A stretch of DNA of 62,623 nt, filler included, from Choristocarpus tenellus KU-1152 (GCA_964200185.2; 12 parts of 12 records of this genome joined end to end with filler, not necessarily neighbours in it), one strand, 5' to 3'. Positions 37,503 through 51,650 are shown, counted from the first letter of the whole stretch. Program-made: numbers and translations. Notes: generated by a model not told the origin, from the letters alone.

Positions 37503-37534
<32 letters not shown>

Positions 37535-37788
37535 CATATACATATCTTTATATACGTGTGAATATTTTGAGCACTTAAAAGGTACACACCTTTTAACTGC
37601 GTACGATTTTTTGTTGTTACTGTTGTTGCTGCTGTTATTGTTCCAACTTCCTCCCCCCCCTTTCTGATTTTTCAATATGTTCATCATTGTGTTTGTGTCT
37701 TGTGTGTATGTATGTGTTCTGATGTGCTTATGTGTCGTGCGTCCTTGGTGACTACCTCTATAATGCAACTTATCTTGTCCTCATTCAG

Positions 37789-37851
37789 GTTGCAGGGGGC
37801 CTGGGGGAGAGACTCGGTTACGCTGGGATCAAGCTGGCATTGCCGGTGGAG
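37789..37851 (+). CDS. USP: Exon of UDP-sugar pyrophosphorylase (USP-type nucleotidyltransferase)
   Basis: CAG|...|GT-bounded 63-nt exon VAGGLGERLGYAGIKLALPVE, the nucleotide-binding loop signature of USP. Confidence 0.85.
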
Positions 37852-37962
37852 GTGAAGTGGGGTGTTGCCCTGATTTGTTTTATTGTGCCTTTGGGGGGTG
37901 GTCTACATAGTGTACTGTATGGTATGTTGTATGTATGTATGCAGTTGTAAAAAACGTTCTGT

Positions 37963-38225
37963 GAGTGAAAGTATCTTAGAGGGTACGAGTTTTGCCCAGT
38001 TTGTCCATTCAGGGCTTGGCTTCCCACAAGTTTTTTATGACATTTTTCTACATCAAAATGTTTTGGAGAAGGTAAAATGTAAAGTAAGGTATGAAAAGGT
38101 GTGTCCGGAACAAGGATATTGACACTTCCTAACAAACACGATAGCCAAAATTACATCAAAATCGCAACATTGGATTTTGTCCCCCAAACGGATGCCGCTC
38201 TAACCCCTCTAAGATGCTTTGACTC
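37963..38225 (+). mobile_element. MITE family A, full length
   Basis: TIRs; TGT/TGT duplication. Confidence 0.92.
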
Positions 38226-40599
38226 TGTGCAGTACTCCACAACTTTCTGATCAGTACATCAGTATTTGTGGTCATGTTGATTCTTATGTGTTGCTATCAA
38301 TATTTGGGATATGGTAATTATAGTCTACATAATACTTCAATATTTGGAACATAGTGATTGTGTTACTATTGTAAGTATCAGTATTTTACAGAGTATCTTA
38401 TTAATACGGCATTATAATTTTTTTATATATATACATACCTTTTAATTTTTTATCAGTCACATTATTGGATCGTTTTGGGGTACATCCTCCTATCATCAAA
38501 CAGTCAGACAGACAAGGAATGCATTTTTATTTATTTTCACATAAAAGTTATGTGCGAACACGAATTGTTCCAGAGCATGCACGTGATATTATTGGCACTA
38601 TTATTGCTATATTTATTATTGCTGATATTATTTTTCCTGTAGTTATTATTACTGATACTAATATTGCTATATTTATTATTGCTATTATTATTGCTATTAT
38701 TATTTCTGCCATTATTTTTGCTATTATTATTATTATTATTATTATTGCTATAATTATTAATACTGCTATTATTACCGCTGTTTCGATCGATGTCATGGTG
38801 GGTAAAAAAACAAACTTTTATTGTGCAGTAGTGTACAATTATTATTATTATTAATACTTTTTTATCGATTTACGCAGGTGCGATTTTTGACCGATTATCG
38901 ATTATCGTTATCATTACCAGTACTTTTTGTATCTCAACAGTTACAGTTGCATGCGGCCCCGCCCATTGTAAGGAAGGTGAAGGTACTCTTAGGCCTTGCA
39001 GATTCGTGTGATTGTAGTGTCTCTCTGTGTGTGTGTGTAAATATTTGTTGCAGGTATATATTTGCGCTTGTTTGTACAGGGCCGTGTCTATGCATCTAAG
39101 TTTTTGTATTGTATGGAATGCGGTATTTATTCCTACTCATACGATGTGCACCTGTATTATGTCAAGAGATTATGCTTTTGACTATTTGTGAGAATACGAT
39201 TCAACATATTATTATTTTTATGTACACACAGATGATGTAATGAGGGACGGGACGCTCGGGATATTTAGGGTTAGGGTTAGGGTTATAGGGTATTATTTGA
39301 CCAGAAGTGATCGGCGGACTGTTAGGAGTCGGGAGTGTTTCTGACGTGTACTAGAGAGACTGTCGAGAGCCATCTGGTATTCTGAGTCATTCAATGCAAG
39401 GACTGGTGAGCCCCACCTAGTGAAGGTATCTCACTCTCTCTCTTCTCATCCGTGACACAAGTTAATAAACAATTATAGAACTGGTTGTGTGGGACAACAG
39501 ATCGTCAAGGACAGCTTAACGTGCTATATCTATCTATGCAAACTCGGTGGATCGCTGCTTCTGCGTTGTCTGTGCATGCTACCGGTGTTATTATTTTTTT
39601 TTTTGTGTTTCTATTATATTTTTTTTGTATGTTTGCTATNNNNNNNNNNNNNNNNNNNNNNNNNNNNNNNNNNNNNNNNNNNNTTAATTAATTAANNNNN
39701 NNNNNNNNNNNNNNNNNNNNNNNNNNNNNNNNNNNNNNNCCCCCCTCAGATACTTTGACCCATGTGGGTAGATATGGTGATGCATTTAAGATGACGAGAA
39801 GGTGTGAGACTCTGCACACGATTCCACCTTAATAAAGATCCTAAGCCGGGAGGGCAGATGGTGGTAGCCTCATCTTGTTCTCTCGACATGGGCTGATGGA
39901 GGCATATATGCAGACGTTGTTGAATACGTATCGAAGATGTTTTCAGGATAGAATATTGAAGAAACGCATCAGATAGAGTATTTCTGTTTGGAAAGTTTTG
40001 TCTTTGATGCTATCAAAAGAAAAAAGAAAAATGGTGCTGAGCCAAGCACTATATCTGTAGTAGTGTACCTGTCACTAGGGCAAGGGGTTGTACGTATGCA
40101 GGCGGTGGAGGTGGTGAGAAAAAAAATGGTGGTGATGGGGCCTGTCTGTTCCTATCCAGGTGGGAAGGTATTTAGGGGGTAAGGGTTGCGTTGTTGGGGG
40201 TGGGGGTAGTGGAAACAATATGATGTTGACGGGGCTCGATCTCGCTATATCGCGAAGTATTTTATATTATTATTTATTTATATTTTTCGATTTTGTTTCA
40301 AAAAATAGTGTCAAAATTATGATAGAGATGGTGTCCTAGGATTCTCTCCACGTCGCTATACCCCCCCACATGGTATCGCTGGGCCGAGCACCCCCAAGTA
40401 ATTTCATGGACTTGATAGAAGCCTATTATCCTAACGAGAATAAATGTATTATGCAAAGGTAAGCAAAATACCTCAAACAACAGTCTACCTCACCTCAACT
40501 TCCAAACAGAGAAGGAAAATTTGTTTTGCTTTAAAATATTTTTTCGATGTAGAGAGCTTCAAAGAGCCTGATCAGAGGAGGAGGAACATCAGGTAGTGG

Positions 40600-41600
40600 G
40601 ATAGCACTTGGGCCGCTTTCTGGGGGGTATGCTTTATGCTGATGATGCGGGCATTTTCTTTAACACCCAAGGAGGTTTGTCCAGGATGATGACAGTGCTT
40701 GTAAAGGTGGTCAGATCATTTGGGCTAATAATAGTATCGGCATATAAAAGACGGAGACCAAGATGCCTAATCTGTACAAATTCGGGCACAGGACCAGACC
40801 CAAGACCCAAAGTATCTGAGGGAGGGGGGGGTGTACACCAGAGTGTCCATTTGTACCAAAACCAGAACAAATGCCCTTTCATTATCCATCCAACGTATGG
40901 AACCAAATCACCCAAAAATCGCGACATGAAAAAATTGGCCCCAAATGTACAACCGCCACCCCCACCCAGATACTTTGACCCCCAACAAGCAGACTGATAC
41001 ATTTGTTTTCCTTGTGTGGAACCATCAGTGACAGTGCCGCTATTGCTGGTGGGATCAGCTAGAGGATTAAGAAGCTTGGAGTTGTTCACGTTCGCAAATA
41101 CAACCAAGTGCTTCACGACAGGACCTCAGGTGTCTCATTTGACCTTGAAAATCGAACGTTTAAAAGCGGAAGTAGTGTAAGTCCTGTTACAAGGTTGTAT
41201 GACTCTGCTTACATCATTACAATTTCCTCGTCCGCTACATCCATTTCCGCAATCAGGAACGTACCAATCTGTCCTACCCTACAAAGATGCTCTTAGGTAG
41301 AAGACTGGGAGTGAGAGTATTGAGGCAACGATGCGCAAGTAGAGGCTCCCATTTGCTGGGTCAGTTGCTTGCACGGGGCACAAGCGACCTCTTAAGATAT
41401 TATTGATGTTTAGGGAGCTTATGGTTGGTAAACGAAAACAAGGTGGACAGGAGAGGAGCTGGTCAACACGTCTCCAAGACGAGCTTCACAAGTTTGGGAT
41501 TGGAGTTGAGGGTTGGACCATGAGAGTCATAGTCAACAGGAGTGGTATGGGTGATCGGCAAATGGCCCAACGAGGTTCATGGCCGAATGATATTCCAAGG
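40600..41600 (+). mobile_element. Non-LTR (RTE-like LINE) reverse transcriptase relic, split by a MITE
   Basis: GMLYADDAGI...LSRMMTVLVKVVRSFGL, and downstream ESIEATMRK*RLPFAG...MFRELMVGKRKQGGQERSW. Confidence 0.85.
40804..40981 (+). mobile_element. MITE family B nested in the LINE
   Basis: TIRs; CCAA/CCAA duplication. Confidence 0.9.
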
Positions 41601-42515
41601 AAGTTGCCAAAGCTGATGTACCACCATCATTGACTCTGCTGAATGTTTTTTTGGGGGGGATATTCTCTTGTATCCTTTGTTCATCTCCTTTCTTCTCTTC
41701 CCCATTCATATAATTGGGTGATGGTGTTTTCTGCTACAGCTTTCTTTTAATTTATCTTAATTCCTTTTATTTTTATTTTTATTCCAAATAAAAATATTTT
41801 TAGTGGTCCTTGTTGCCTTTTTTCAAACGGTGTGTATTGCCTTCTTTGGAATGGCTCAGGTCTGGGATCCTTATACTAATTTGATGATAATAACATATAA
41901 TTGTAAATAATTTAAAGCAATGCAATATAGTAAGGAATGACTCTTGATTTCTTCGTCTCAAAGAATGTGCAAGCATTAAAATAATACTAATGTTCTGCAT
42001 TGGGTGAACAGCCCAACGAATTTCTGTCTTGAGTAATGAGTGGTGACAGGGAGCCAAGTAGTGACATGATGGCTTCATACAATGACTTTTGATTTCGTAG
42101 TCTAAAATAATGTGCAGTCAATTTTTGTATTAAGTACAATATATTGTGAAACCTAGGGAATCCCTGTGGATTGTATGTATGGCATTGTGCAAGAGTTTTG
42201 CTTCTACCCCCTTGTGCTCCACGCTGTAATTGTCAGTCCATACATGTGCAGAGGTGGTGGCATTGGTGGGGAGATGGAAGTCGGCAAGCCGTGCAATACA
42301 CTCTGCAATTATTATGGTTGAAGGTCATGAATTAAAGTATATCGAAGAGATAAGAGTATGTTTGGGAGGCATGTAATCAGCATACCCAAAGATACATATT
42401 TCTGGCAAAAGATTAAGATTTTCCTCAAGTCCGTAAGGTTATGAACTTGAACAAAACGACGAGAATTGTGTAACCCCTGAGTCGCCCTACCTGGGAAGAT
42501 GTACTACACAAAGTA

Positions 42516-42704
42516 GACTCAAAGTATCTGGGGGGTGGTGGCGGCTGTCCATTTGGGGTCAATTTTTTCATGTCGTGATTTTTGGGTGATTATTGTTGCA
42601 TACATCGGATGGATAACTAAAGTGTACTTTTCCTGGTTTTGGTCCAAATGGACACCCTTGTGTAGATCACCCCCCCCACCCCCCCACCCCAGATACTTTG
42701 GGTC
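42516..42704 (-). mobile_element. MITE family B
   Basis: GACTCAAAGTATCTGGGG...CCCCAGATACTTTGGGTC. Confidence 0.9.
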
Positions 42705-43327
42705 TGTAAATCAATAGAAGCACAAACGTATTTTTGTTGTCAGGAATTGATATTAATAGATGATGCACCACCCCTATTGTTTTCACGTGGATGATGGTAC
42801 ATCATACAAGTTTCGAACACAGTATGGTTACATATAGTGCAGCTTGCTTCGACAAACTGTTGTGTTATTCTGTGTGTCATCTAGGTGTGTCATCTGAACT
42901 TGCTTGCGGTGTATGTATTTCGTTTTTTTTTTTAGTGCATGGAATTCAGTTGTTTTTATTTTATGTTGAAACTAGGGACGTTCGTTACATCTACTTAGTC
43001 CATACAACATGGAGACAATACGTCCTGCGTGTGAAGGGTTTGATCATGAGAAGTAATGCAATGAAATATAGCGGGTTTTTTTCTTCTCATCTTGAATTGT
43101 CTGTAAGGAGTTAGGAGCGTCTGGAGGAGGGACAACACCAGTTTAAGGATGGGTTGAGGAGCATAAACTTGTTATAGGAAGGACCCTTGCTCCAAAGCGA
43201 GATATGTGTTGTAAGTGCAAAAGCGATGTAATGTAGGGAGTTGATCATTTTTGGAAAGGGAGTGCCCTTTGTTAGAACACTCTTTGTGTGGGTTCAAAAG
43301 AGCAAAAGGAGTGTTGTATCTGTATGT

Positions 43328-43511
43328 GACCCAACGTATCTGGGGGGGCGGGCGGGGGTCTACACCAGGGTGTCCATTTGGGTTATACCAGGAAACGTGC
43401 ACTTTCATTATCCATCCGAAGTATGGAATCAAATCACCCCAAAATCGCGACATGAAAAAATTGGCCCCAAATGGACAGCCGCCACCCCCCCCCCCCCAGA
43501 TACTTTGAGAC
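43328..43511 (+). mobile_element. MITE family B
   Basis: TIRs and family B internal sequence. Confidence 0.9.
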
Positions 43512-43656
43512 ACACGATTGCACAGATGCAGATTAAAAAATAAGTACACAGACAGGNNNNNNNNNNNNNNNNNNNNNNNNNNNNNNNNNNNNNNNNNNNN
43601 TTAATTAATTAANNNNNNNNNNNNNNNNNNNNNNNNNNNNNNNNNNNNNNNNNNNN

Positions 43657-43844
43657 CTCTCCGAAACATTTTGGAGTCGGAAAATGTGACAAAAGAAAAC
43701 CATGGGAAGCCCCACAAATGTATACATTTTACCTACTCCGAAACATTTTGGAGTCGGAAAATGTCATAAAAAAAAACATGGGAAGCCAAGCCCCACAAAT
43801 GGACAACCAGGGAAAAAATCGTACCCTCTAAGATAGTTTCACTC
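43657..43844 (-). mobile_element. MITE family A fragment with an internal ~70-bp duplication
   Basis: CTCCGAAACATTTTGGAGTCGGAAAATG occurs twice; ends AGATAGTTTCACTC. Confidence 0.85.
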
Positions 43845-44485
43845 TTACCTCCCAAGGTAATTTGCACATTATTGGCGTGCTGCGGGAACAGAAAGAGTCG
43901 TCAGCCCTATCTCTCTCATCACCAGTAGTTAGTGCCATCCATCAGGTACAGACTGTGTACTCTCTGCACCACAGACATGTCCCAACATTCAAAACAGCGT
44001 ATATTTGGTGTCAGAACAACACATGTTTGGTGTGGTAATACGGGGTTAGCACGAGAGAGGAAATATTAAATACTCCATGGCGGAGATGATCATGTAGTAT
44101 TCTCATATATGCATAAGCGTGTATATGTGAAGCGCTGTGCGATATCACTTGCCATTTTGGGTATTATTTACCAAAACCTTCACCTGCTTCCAACATCTAC
44201 TACTTCGAAGTATGTAAAATATTGCACACTCGCGCGTATCCATTGTACACGTTGATCCTCACATTATGTTGATGGGTGTGAAAACATTTGTTATCCCCCT
44301 TCTTTGAATACTCCAAGCAAACCACGATGATGAAGCAAAATTTCGGCATCATCGGGTGTTTTTTGTCGTAGCATTATTGTGTCCTGACCTGGCTGGCAGC
44401 ACAGTCCAGTATCCTAGTGGTTTGGGATAGAGAGAGACAATATATATTCATGTCCTACATGCAGGAGATGTTGTAACATACAACA

Positions 44486-44756
44486 GAGTCAAAGTAAGCG
44501 AGAGGTGCCCAGGGTTGCATTTTTGGGGGTGCTGACAAATATGTGCAATTTTAGGCGTTTTGTGCAAATAATACGTGTAGGGAATTTTTGATATTCTGTC
44601 GAAAATTGTCAAACAATAATAGAGAAATCAACACTCTCAAACCAATTTTAGTATTTACTTCATCCATTAAAAATGAGTAAATCTCCAAAGATTTAAAAAG
44701 TGGACTAAAATGCAAAGCGGCCAAAACCTGGATGCCTCTCTTGTATATTTTGCCTT
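44486..44756 (+). mobile_element. MITE family C (terminus related to family A); partial second copy at ~49950-50064
   Basis: Left end GAGTCAAAGTAAGCGAGAGGTGCCCAGG is inverted at the right as CCTGGATGCCTCTCTTGTATATTTTGCC. The 3' part GGAC(C)TAAAATGCAAA...CCAAAA.CTGG recurs at 50012-50064. Confidence 0.6.
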
Positions 44757-46294
44757 GCAGCCATGTTCAACATAGATAGTGAGAATGCACAAGCTTTGGC
44801 ATGGCTTTATAATATTAGTCGGTACGGCCAATACCGATGTTGTTTAACATTTGGGGATGCAGATGAAAAGGTACAGAACCCAGTGGGTATACACGGAACA
44901 TCTTGGCAGAACCCATAAAACAAACCCCAAAAGACATCATTTTAAAATGCACAGATGACTTGGAATCCATCCACATCTTCTCCTTCATAGAACGTTTCAA
45001 TATGTACATGTAGATGCATACTTGCCACCCAAAGTGATACACGAGAAGGGGGTGTGGGCGTTGGGGTTAAGGGAGCCTTCCCCCCCGTTTCTCCATTGTT
45101 ATTATGTCTCTTCATCTCAACACATTACCGAGAAGAGGTTGGTTAAGCTGCATTCTAAGGACGATCCGAGCAAAGGGCAGAAGGTTACCGTTTTGCATGA
45201 TGGAGGAAAAGAAGGCTTCACTAACCTTGTGTGGTGAGACTTTGTGTGCAGAAAGGGAAAATGCGATCTATTCCTTTTTTGTGTAACACCGTCTTTGCGC
45301 ACGTCCAAAAGCAACGAGAATAGAGACCGTGCATGTGAGCCCGAAGGAATAGAGATCAGTGCAAGTTTTTGGACACTTTTTTCTGCATCCCAAGACAAAT
45401 TTCCTACCCCTATGCAGTACACTCTATATTTCATATATTTTTCACATGCACAACAGTGTCTATGCAAAATGTATATTTTCCCTTTTCCCACACACACAGA
45501 GTGACATCACCAGGTCAGTAAGAGCTACTTCATCAATAGTACAAAGTGGCACCGTTCTGCCCTTTCGTCGGATCATCCTCCTCAAATTACAACCCTACCT
45601 GCCTCTCTGCTGTTTTGAATCGATTGCGCACACAGTTGAAATGAAAAATCACTTCGAACATAACAAACAATTCCAAGACCTGCCTACCTCTACATTCCTT
45701 TTCGTTCTCAAGGAATCTTTCCTTTGTATCTTTGAAATCCTATCAAACTCATCAGGTTGTTCAACAGAACACAAATATCCTGACTTGTAGGCGATGTGTT
45801 CACTTCCGTCACATCACACTCACTTCTGAAGATCTGTCTCCCCAAAAAAGGTCAAATCATCCTCCCACAAGTATACATTGTTTGTTGCTGCTTTAAGAAA
45901 GACTAAAAGGTATATTGCCTGACCTTTTGGGAGGATGCACCATCTTCATCGCAAAATATCTCCCTCCCCTTCCTCAACACTTATATCTGTCTAACGATAT
46001 GTGGTTCCATACATTATTCACGACAAGTATATTTATGTAAATTGTCGGAGAAAACATTTGCACGGCATCATCTATTTCCTCCTCACATATTCCAACAGGG
46101 ACTACTACCACATTCGTCAACCATTTATCTGGTGTGGAACGTGTCATCCGTCCCTTGCAGGTCCCCTATCGAGGGGTCACATACACACGCACTCACACAT
46201 ATGTGAATATTTATAAATGATGTTGTAGTGGCAGGACACAAGTATAGAACCAATACAAACGTAAAGAAAGGTTCTTCAAAAATATGTTACATAC

Positions 46295-46450
46295 CCATGA
46301 CACATCCATGCATCGAACAGAACTTATGTGTCGGATCTACTGTTCTACTGTTCATGCACTCCCCGTTGTTGATTGCGTCATAATAGGACGCACGCATTCC
46401 GCAAGACCAGGGGGGACAGCGGCAGTTATCTCCAAAACCGTCTGCCCAAA
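46295..46450 (-). CDS. Putative Cys-rich exon of an unidentified protein
   Basis: AAG|...|GTATGT-bounded, stop-free: WADGFGDNCRCPPWSCGMRASYYDAINNGECMNSRTVDPTHKFCSMHGCVM. Neighbouring exons could not be joined cleanly. Confidence 0.35.
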
Positions 46451-47274
46451 CTTGATACATACACCTATCCATTATTATGCCTAAAAAAAACACTTCCCAA
46501 CACACTGAAAAAAAAACGAACCTTCTTTCCTCTTTTTTCGATACCACCTTCCCTCATTATGTACAAACGTATATTGTTTGGGGATATGCATACTCAGGGA
46601 TGTTAATGGAATTGTGGATAGAAAAACATTCAATGTGTGCTTATTTTTTACATAATAACAAACTTGGATGATATTGAATATATGTATAGTTTTCATTGGT
46701 TTCCCCCTGACACATCTGCAAAATGTCAGAGGGCATAATAATAAAAAATATATGTATTCTCCCCTATGTGGAAAGTATGTTTGTCTGTTATTATACCGTT
46801 ATTGCCGTATGCTATATACCGTTATACCGTGGTACCATGGTACCGATTAAGGTTCTCAGTCAAGAATCCATGACTCCACGGACAGACTTTCTGTCCGAAT
46901 GTCACACATGGAAGATCCAATTCATTCTCACGTCTTGACTGGTGGTGATGAAGNNNNNNNNNNNNNNNNNNNNNNNNNNNNNNNNNNNNNNNNNNNNTTA
47001 ATTAATTAANNNNNNNNNNNNNNNNNNNNNNNNNNNNNNNNNNNNNNNNNNNNCTGGTGTAGACCCCCCCCCCCCAGATATGTTGAGCCTCCAGAGTCAG
47101 GAGAAACCCAACAAAAAATGAACTGAATGCCTCAAAGCAATAATATTTTCAACATTGGTCAGATGAAATAAAAAAACATGTTTTTGGTTTCGGATTGTAG
47201 TTCCAGTATCACAGGGCCTGGGAGGAAATAGAAGCTATGGACTTCACTGTACTCCGGCACTTCAAAACAATCAC

Positions 47275-49403
47275 CTGCATGACAAAAGTAGCTGATCCAG
47301 CCTCCTCATCTTCAAGGAGATCTGGGATTTGTGACTCAATCTCATCTGCCAACTCGGTGACAAGATCGTCATTGCTCTTGCCTCCGCCAGAACTACTCTC
47401 GCGTGGCTGCAGTGAGAGCACTGTGCTCATTAACCCAAGTGATTCGTTGGTGTTAAACGTTACATTGGCATTCTCGTGCATGCCAAATATCTCGGGGTTG
47501 TCCACTGTTGGCAGGTGCCCAAAGTAGTTGTTGATATCCTGGAGGGCAGTTTAGGAACAAGCAGTTGCAGTGCCTTATCAAGAATTTGGCTGAACATCTT
47601 AGAGGATCACTTGAACAGGATCTCCCCAACATCTTTCATCCATCGACCTCTGTATAAATACTTGGTAATGTTTACTCATATTACTTCGATCTGTGTAACC
47701 ACCCTAGTATTGTTCCCATTTCTATACCCAACTGATTAAATGGGCAAGAGAATTAAAGTACTGCATTGTACATTCTGAACTGTCAACCAGAAGGATACCC
47801 TTGATTTCTAGAATCAATCAGGGGGAAACCTTTGGTTGCTTCAGCTTGCTTGTATTACTGACAGTACCATGGATTGTTCTTTATTCAAAAATTAAAGCTG
47901 CCACAAAGAAGAATATATATACTCTGGAACTTGTCTTTTCACCAATCCTGTTTGGACAGCATTCCGCAAAGCACCTTCCCACCAATGTTTGACATTATAT
48001 AAGCACAAGATTTGCATTGAAATTGCATGCTCACCCAGTGATTACTGTGCGTATCTTTCCCTTTGCATGATATCTAAATAATAGCATTGAGCACTCACAA
48101 GGGCAGGAATCCGCCACAATACTCCTCAGGAGAGAGAAAAGCAGTACTACAGCTCCATCAAATACTTAAGTGCGATCACAGTCTTGCAAAGTACCTTTAG
48201 TGCTGTGTGGGAGAAATTGTGGCATCAGGACATTGTGACTACACTCCTCTGGTGTATTTCCAACACCAACATTTACGTCTTCTTACCTGGAAAGGTCCTG
48301 GTGGGGGTGAAAAGTAAACCCCAGAACCACTGAACTTATATCCACTGTCAAGGATCGATATGTTCATGTAGATACCAAGGATACTCATGAGACACCTCCT
48401 ATCCCAATCATCCGTGACGCGTCCACCATAATTTATCTGGCCAGTCACATATCGGAGGGCGTCCCACGGAATAACATCCTGTAGTTGATGAATGGAAGAG
48501 CACACAAAAAACGGTCATTTTCGTGGGGATTTGTGCTGATTAGAAGCTGAAAGGAGGGTCTTACAACTTGTACTACTAAGTACCTCAATATGTAGCACAA
48601 GCAGTCTGCCTGGCGCCAGTGCACTTTAGTTCCTGATATACTTTACGGTACAGTGGAATACATATTCCCTTTGAACTGTACCTCAAGATATGAACTTTGA
48701 AGTTGCAAAGACATACTCATAACATGAAGCTTGTTGCTTCATGATTCAAACAGGTTTACACAGGGGTATACCACATGAAGATATATCAGCTACCTCAAAT
48801 TCTGCTCTCAAGTGATTGTAAGTGTCTTAGGATTGTATCAATTCGTGATTACCTCCTGTGCACCACCCACATGAGAAACGAAAAAAGTAAAAATTCAAGT
48901 TAGAGTCCAGGATTTCATACATCAGTAGCTTGTTGTAAAGAAAGATATTGGGGATAGGAATGCCTCACCCAACCCTGGTTCAGCCAAGTTCATTTTATAC
49001 CTTTGAGGTAATCACACCTATCCCAGTTCAAAATCGTGCACTCTCTCACACACTTTCTCTCTTTCTCAAATACATACACAAACACAAAAGCCCCGCTCGA
49101 ATTTTCCCATGCCCATACCCAAAAATATGCACAAGCAACTATGACACCCTTCCAAGAAAATTTCGTAGGAAACTCAAAGAATATTCTCTATCAGAGAATT
49201 TTCTACCGGTGTAATTGAATCGGCTGATGTGTTTGTTGAGCAATTCTAACAATTACGATAGACCATAAAAACATACGAGCATATATTTCAGGACCCACCT
49301 GCTCCTCCAAGAACCTCCTGAGAACAGCAATCGATGTTTCAAGATCTGACTCATCGAAGGCATAGCGGATATTCCACCCCAGGGGTCCGAACTTACGGCG
49401 CTC
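47275..49403 (-). CDS. Axonemal inner-arm dynein heavy chain (DNAH6-like), three internal exons from the AAA6/lid region
   Basis: Phase-0 exons 49403-49299 ([21 protein letters not shown]), 48478-48287 ([28 protein letters not shown]) and 47538-47275 ([17 protein letters not shown]...[10 protein letters not shown]). The subfamily call is tentative. Confidence 0.96.
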
Positions 49404-50435
49404 CTGTAGATTGTGGTCGCAAGGGAAGTTAGAAACGTATGCCAATGATGTGAGATGATACCTTGCAGAGACCTTCTCGTAATGTCCCCTCGCTCTCTTA
49501 TTTCTCTGCCTCCGTTGAGCCCCAAATCAGATGCACTAATTTTGTGATGACAATGGCCCACAAATAGATTGAGGCACTACCTGTTGAATGTGGGGTTTGC
49601 CCCTTTCTTAATCGAGCCTTCTTTGCTCATGATTTATAGACACTCGGCATTCACCACTCCACAGTGAAGAGTGACCACTTGTTTGACTCTCGTCCCGGAT
49701 CATAGGTCAAGACTGCTTCACAACGGACAGGGTAACTGTGACGGGGCTGGACAGCAGCCCGGCCAAGTGTGTTTTTCTTTTCTAACAGGGAAGGTCCGGA
49801 GATCCAAAGTAAACGGGAGATAGGGTTAAGGTTGCATTTTTGAAGACACCGACAATTACATGCAAAATTCAATTCGGCTAATAAATGCGTGTAGAAACGT
49901 TTCTGAGTTCTGTCCATTAATACTTCGACAATTAGAAACCAATGGTCTCAAGTCAATCGTAGCGGTTTAACCATAATAATAAGGGTGAATTGTACCAGAT
50001 AAGAAAAAAATGGACCTAAAATGCAAAACGCCCAAAATCTGGGTACCCCTCGTTCCCTTTGACACGGAGCCTTGAACGTTTTAATGGGGTCGCTCTGTGG
50101 GTCAATCTGGGAAAAAAATGCCCAACAGGGCCAAAGTAGGGCTTTCAACATCTTTACTCATACCTAGCTGTGGGCTGGCTCGAATAAGACATATTTTGAC
50201 TGAGCCAGGTCTCGAGCTTATTGGACTGAACAGGGTGGTGTGCACATCATCCATCGATTTTATGAACACAATCTTTCCTATCGATATCTTTCAATGTTAT
50301 GAACATGGATAATATTTTTGCTTGTGCGTGATGGCACATCAGCTATATTATTCAAGTGTATTGCATACAATAATTTCATATATGACAACATAGATTAAAT
50401 TGACAATTGTAATGATGGTGGTAAACCTTCTACTA

Positions 50436-50620
50436 GAGTTAAAGTATCTTACAGGTTACGAGTTTTTCCCTGTTTGTCTAATGTCCATTTGGGGCTTGGC
50501 TTCCCATCGGTTCTTTGATGGCATTTTCCTACTCCAAAAATTTTAGGAGTAGGTAAAGCATATATGTTATGAAAAAGTGTGTCCGGAACATGGATATTGA
50601 TAATTTCTAACAAACACGAT
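50436..50620 (+). mobile_element. MITE family A, truncated by gap
   Basis: GAGTTAAAGTATCTTAC terminus and family A internal sequence. Confidence 0.88.
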
Positions 50621-50720
50621 NNNNNNNNNNNNNNNNNNNNNNNNNNNNNNNNNNNNNNNNNNNNTTAATTAATTAANNNNNNNNNNNNNNNNNNNNNNNN
50701 NNNNNNNNNNNNNNNNNNNN

Positions 50721-51650
50721 TTACATGCCGTCAAGACCCAAAGTATCTGAGGGGGGGGGGGGGTCTACACCAGAGTGTCCATTTGAACCAAAACCAGGAA
50801 AAGTGCACTTTCATTATCCATCCAACGTATGGAACCAAAAATCACCCAAAAAATCGCGACATGAAAAAATTGGCCCCAAATGGACAGTCGCCACCCCCCC
50901 CAGATACTTTGAGCCTCAGCACGGGTGAATGTTTCCTCACGACTATGAAGTACCGAGTAGAGTGTAATAGAAACTACTTTGCTAGAGAGAGACCTCAATA
51001 TTGAGTGGGGAAACAGGTGAATCACATTGCATTTGATTACTCATCAACACATTAATACGTCTGTCTCTAGATCGAGAAACAGGGCCAGACAGCTGATGGA
51101 ACAGATGGCAACCTCATTAATATCTTCGTTCTTGGATATGTGAATATTGGAGATGAGCGATCAACTCTCTGGATACCTGATCTTGAAAAATATATGTTAG
51201 GCTGTTGAATACGCCTTATCTACCGCTGGTTTGAAGACTCACCTCCTTTAAAAGAGGCCGTATTCTTTGTGAAATCGATAGTTCCACTGACGTTGAAAGA
51301 TGACAAATAATTTATATAGACAGCACCTATATCAGCACGAAAGTGACGTCAGTAATTGGTACTGTATACATCTGTGTTCACATGCCGTCAGCAAGGGTGG
51401 AGGTTTTCTCATGACTATGAAGTACTGAGTAGAGTGTAGCAGAAATCACTTTGCTGGAGAGAGACCTCAACATTGAGTGGGGATCCAGGTGAATCTCATT
51501 GCATTGATTACTCATCATCACATGAATACCGTCTATGTCCCACTTTCGAGAAACAGGGCGAGAGAGCTGATGGAACAGATGACAATCTCATTAATATTAT
51601 TATTCTTGGATGAATATTGGAGATGAACGGTCAATCCTCTGAATACCTCG
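50721..51650 (+). repeat. Diverged direct duplication of ~280 bp (50721-51185 minus the MITE versus 51377-51650)
   Basis: Shared blocks GACTATGAAGTAC.GAGTAGAGTGTA, GAGAGACCTCAA, CGAGAAACAGGGC, GCTGATGGAACAGATG, GAATATTGGAGATGA. Confidence 0.9.
50735..50915 (+). mobile_element. MITE family B, with a paralogous empty site nearby
   Basis: TIRs; flanks TCAA/TCAG; empty site CATGCCGTCAGCA at ~51381. Confidence 0.93.

Noticed and set aside
38465-38854. Ile-rich ORFs, and the MYVC/IHTY repeat ORFs at 32798-33125 and 37242-37768
   Set aside because: These are translations of (ATT)n and (TACA)n microsatellites.
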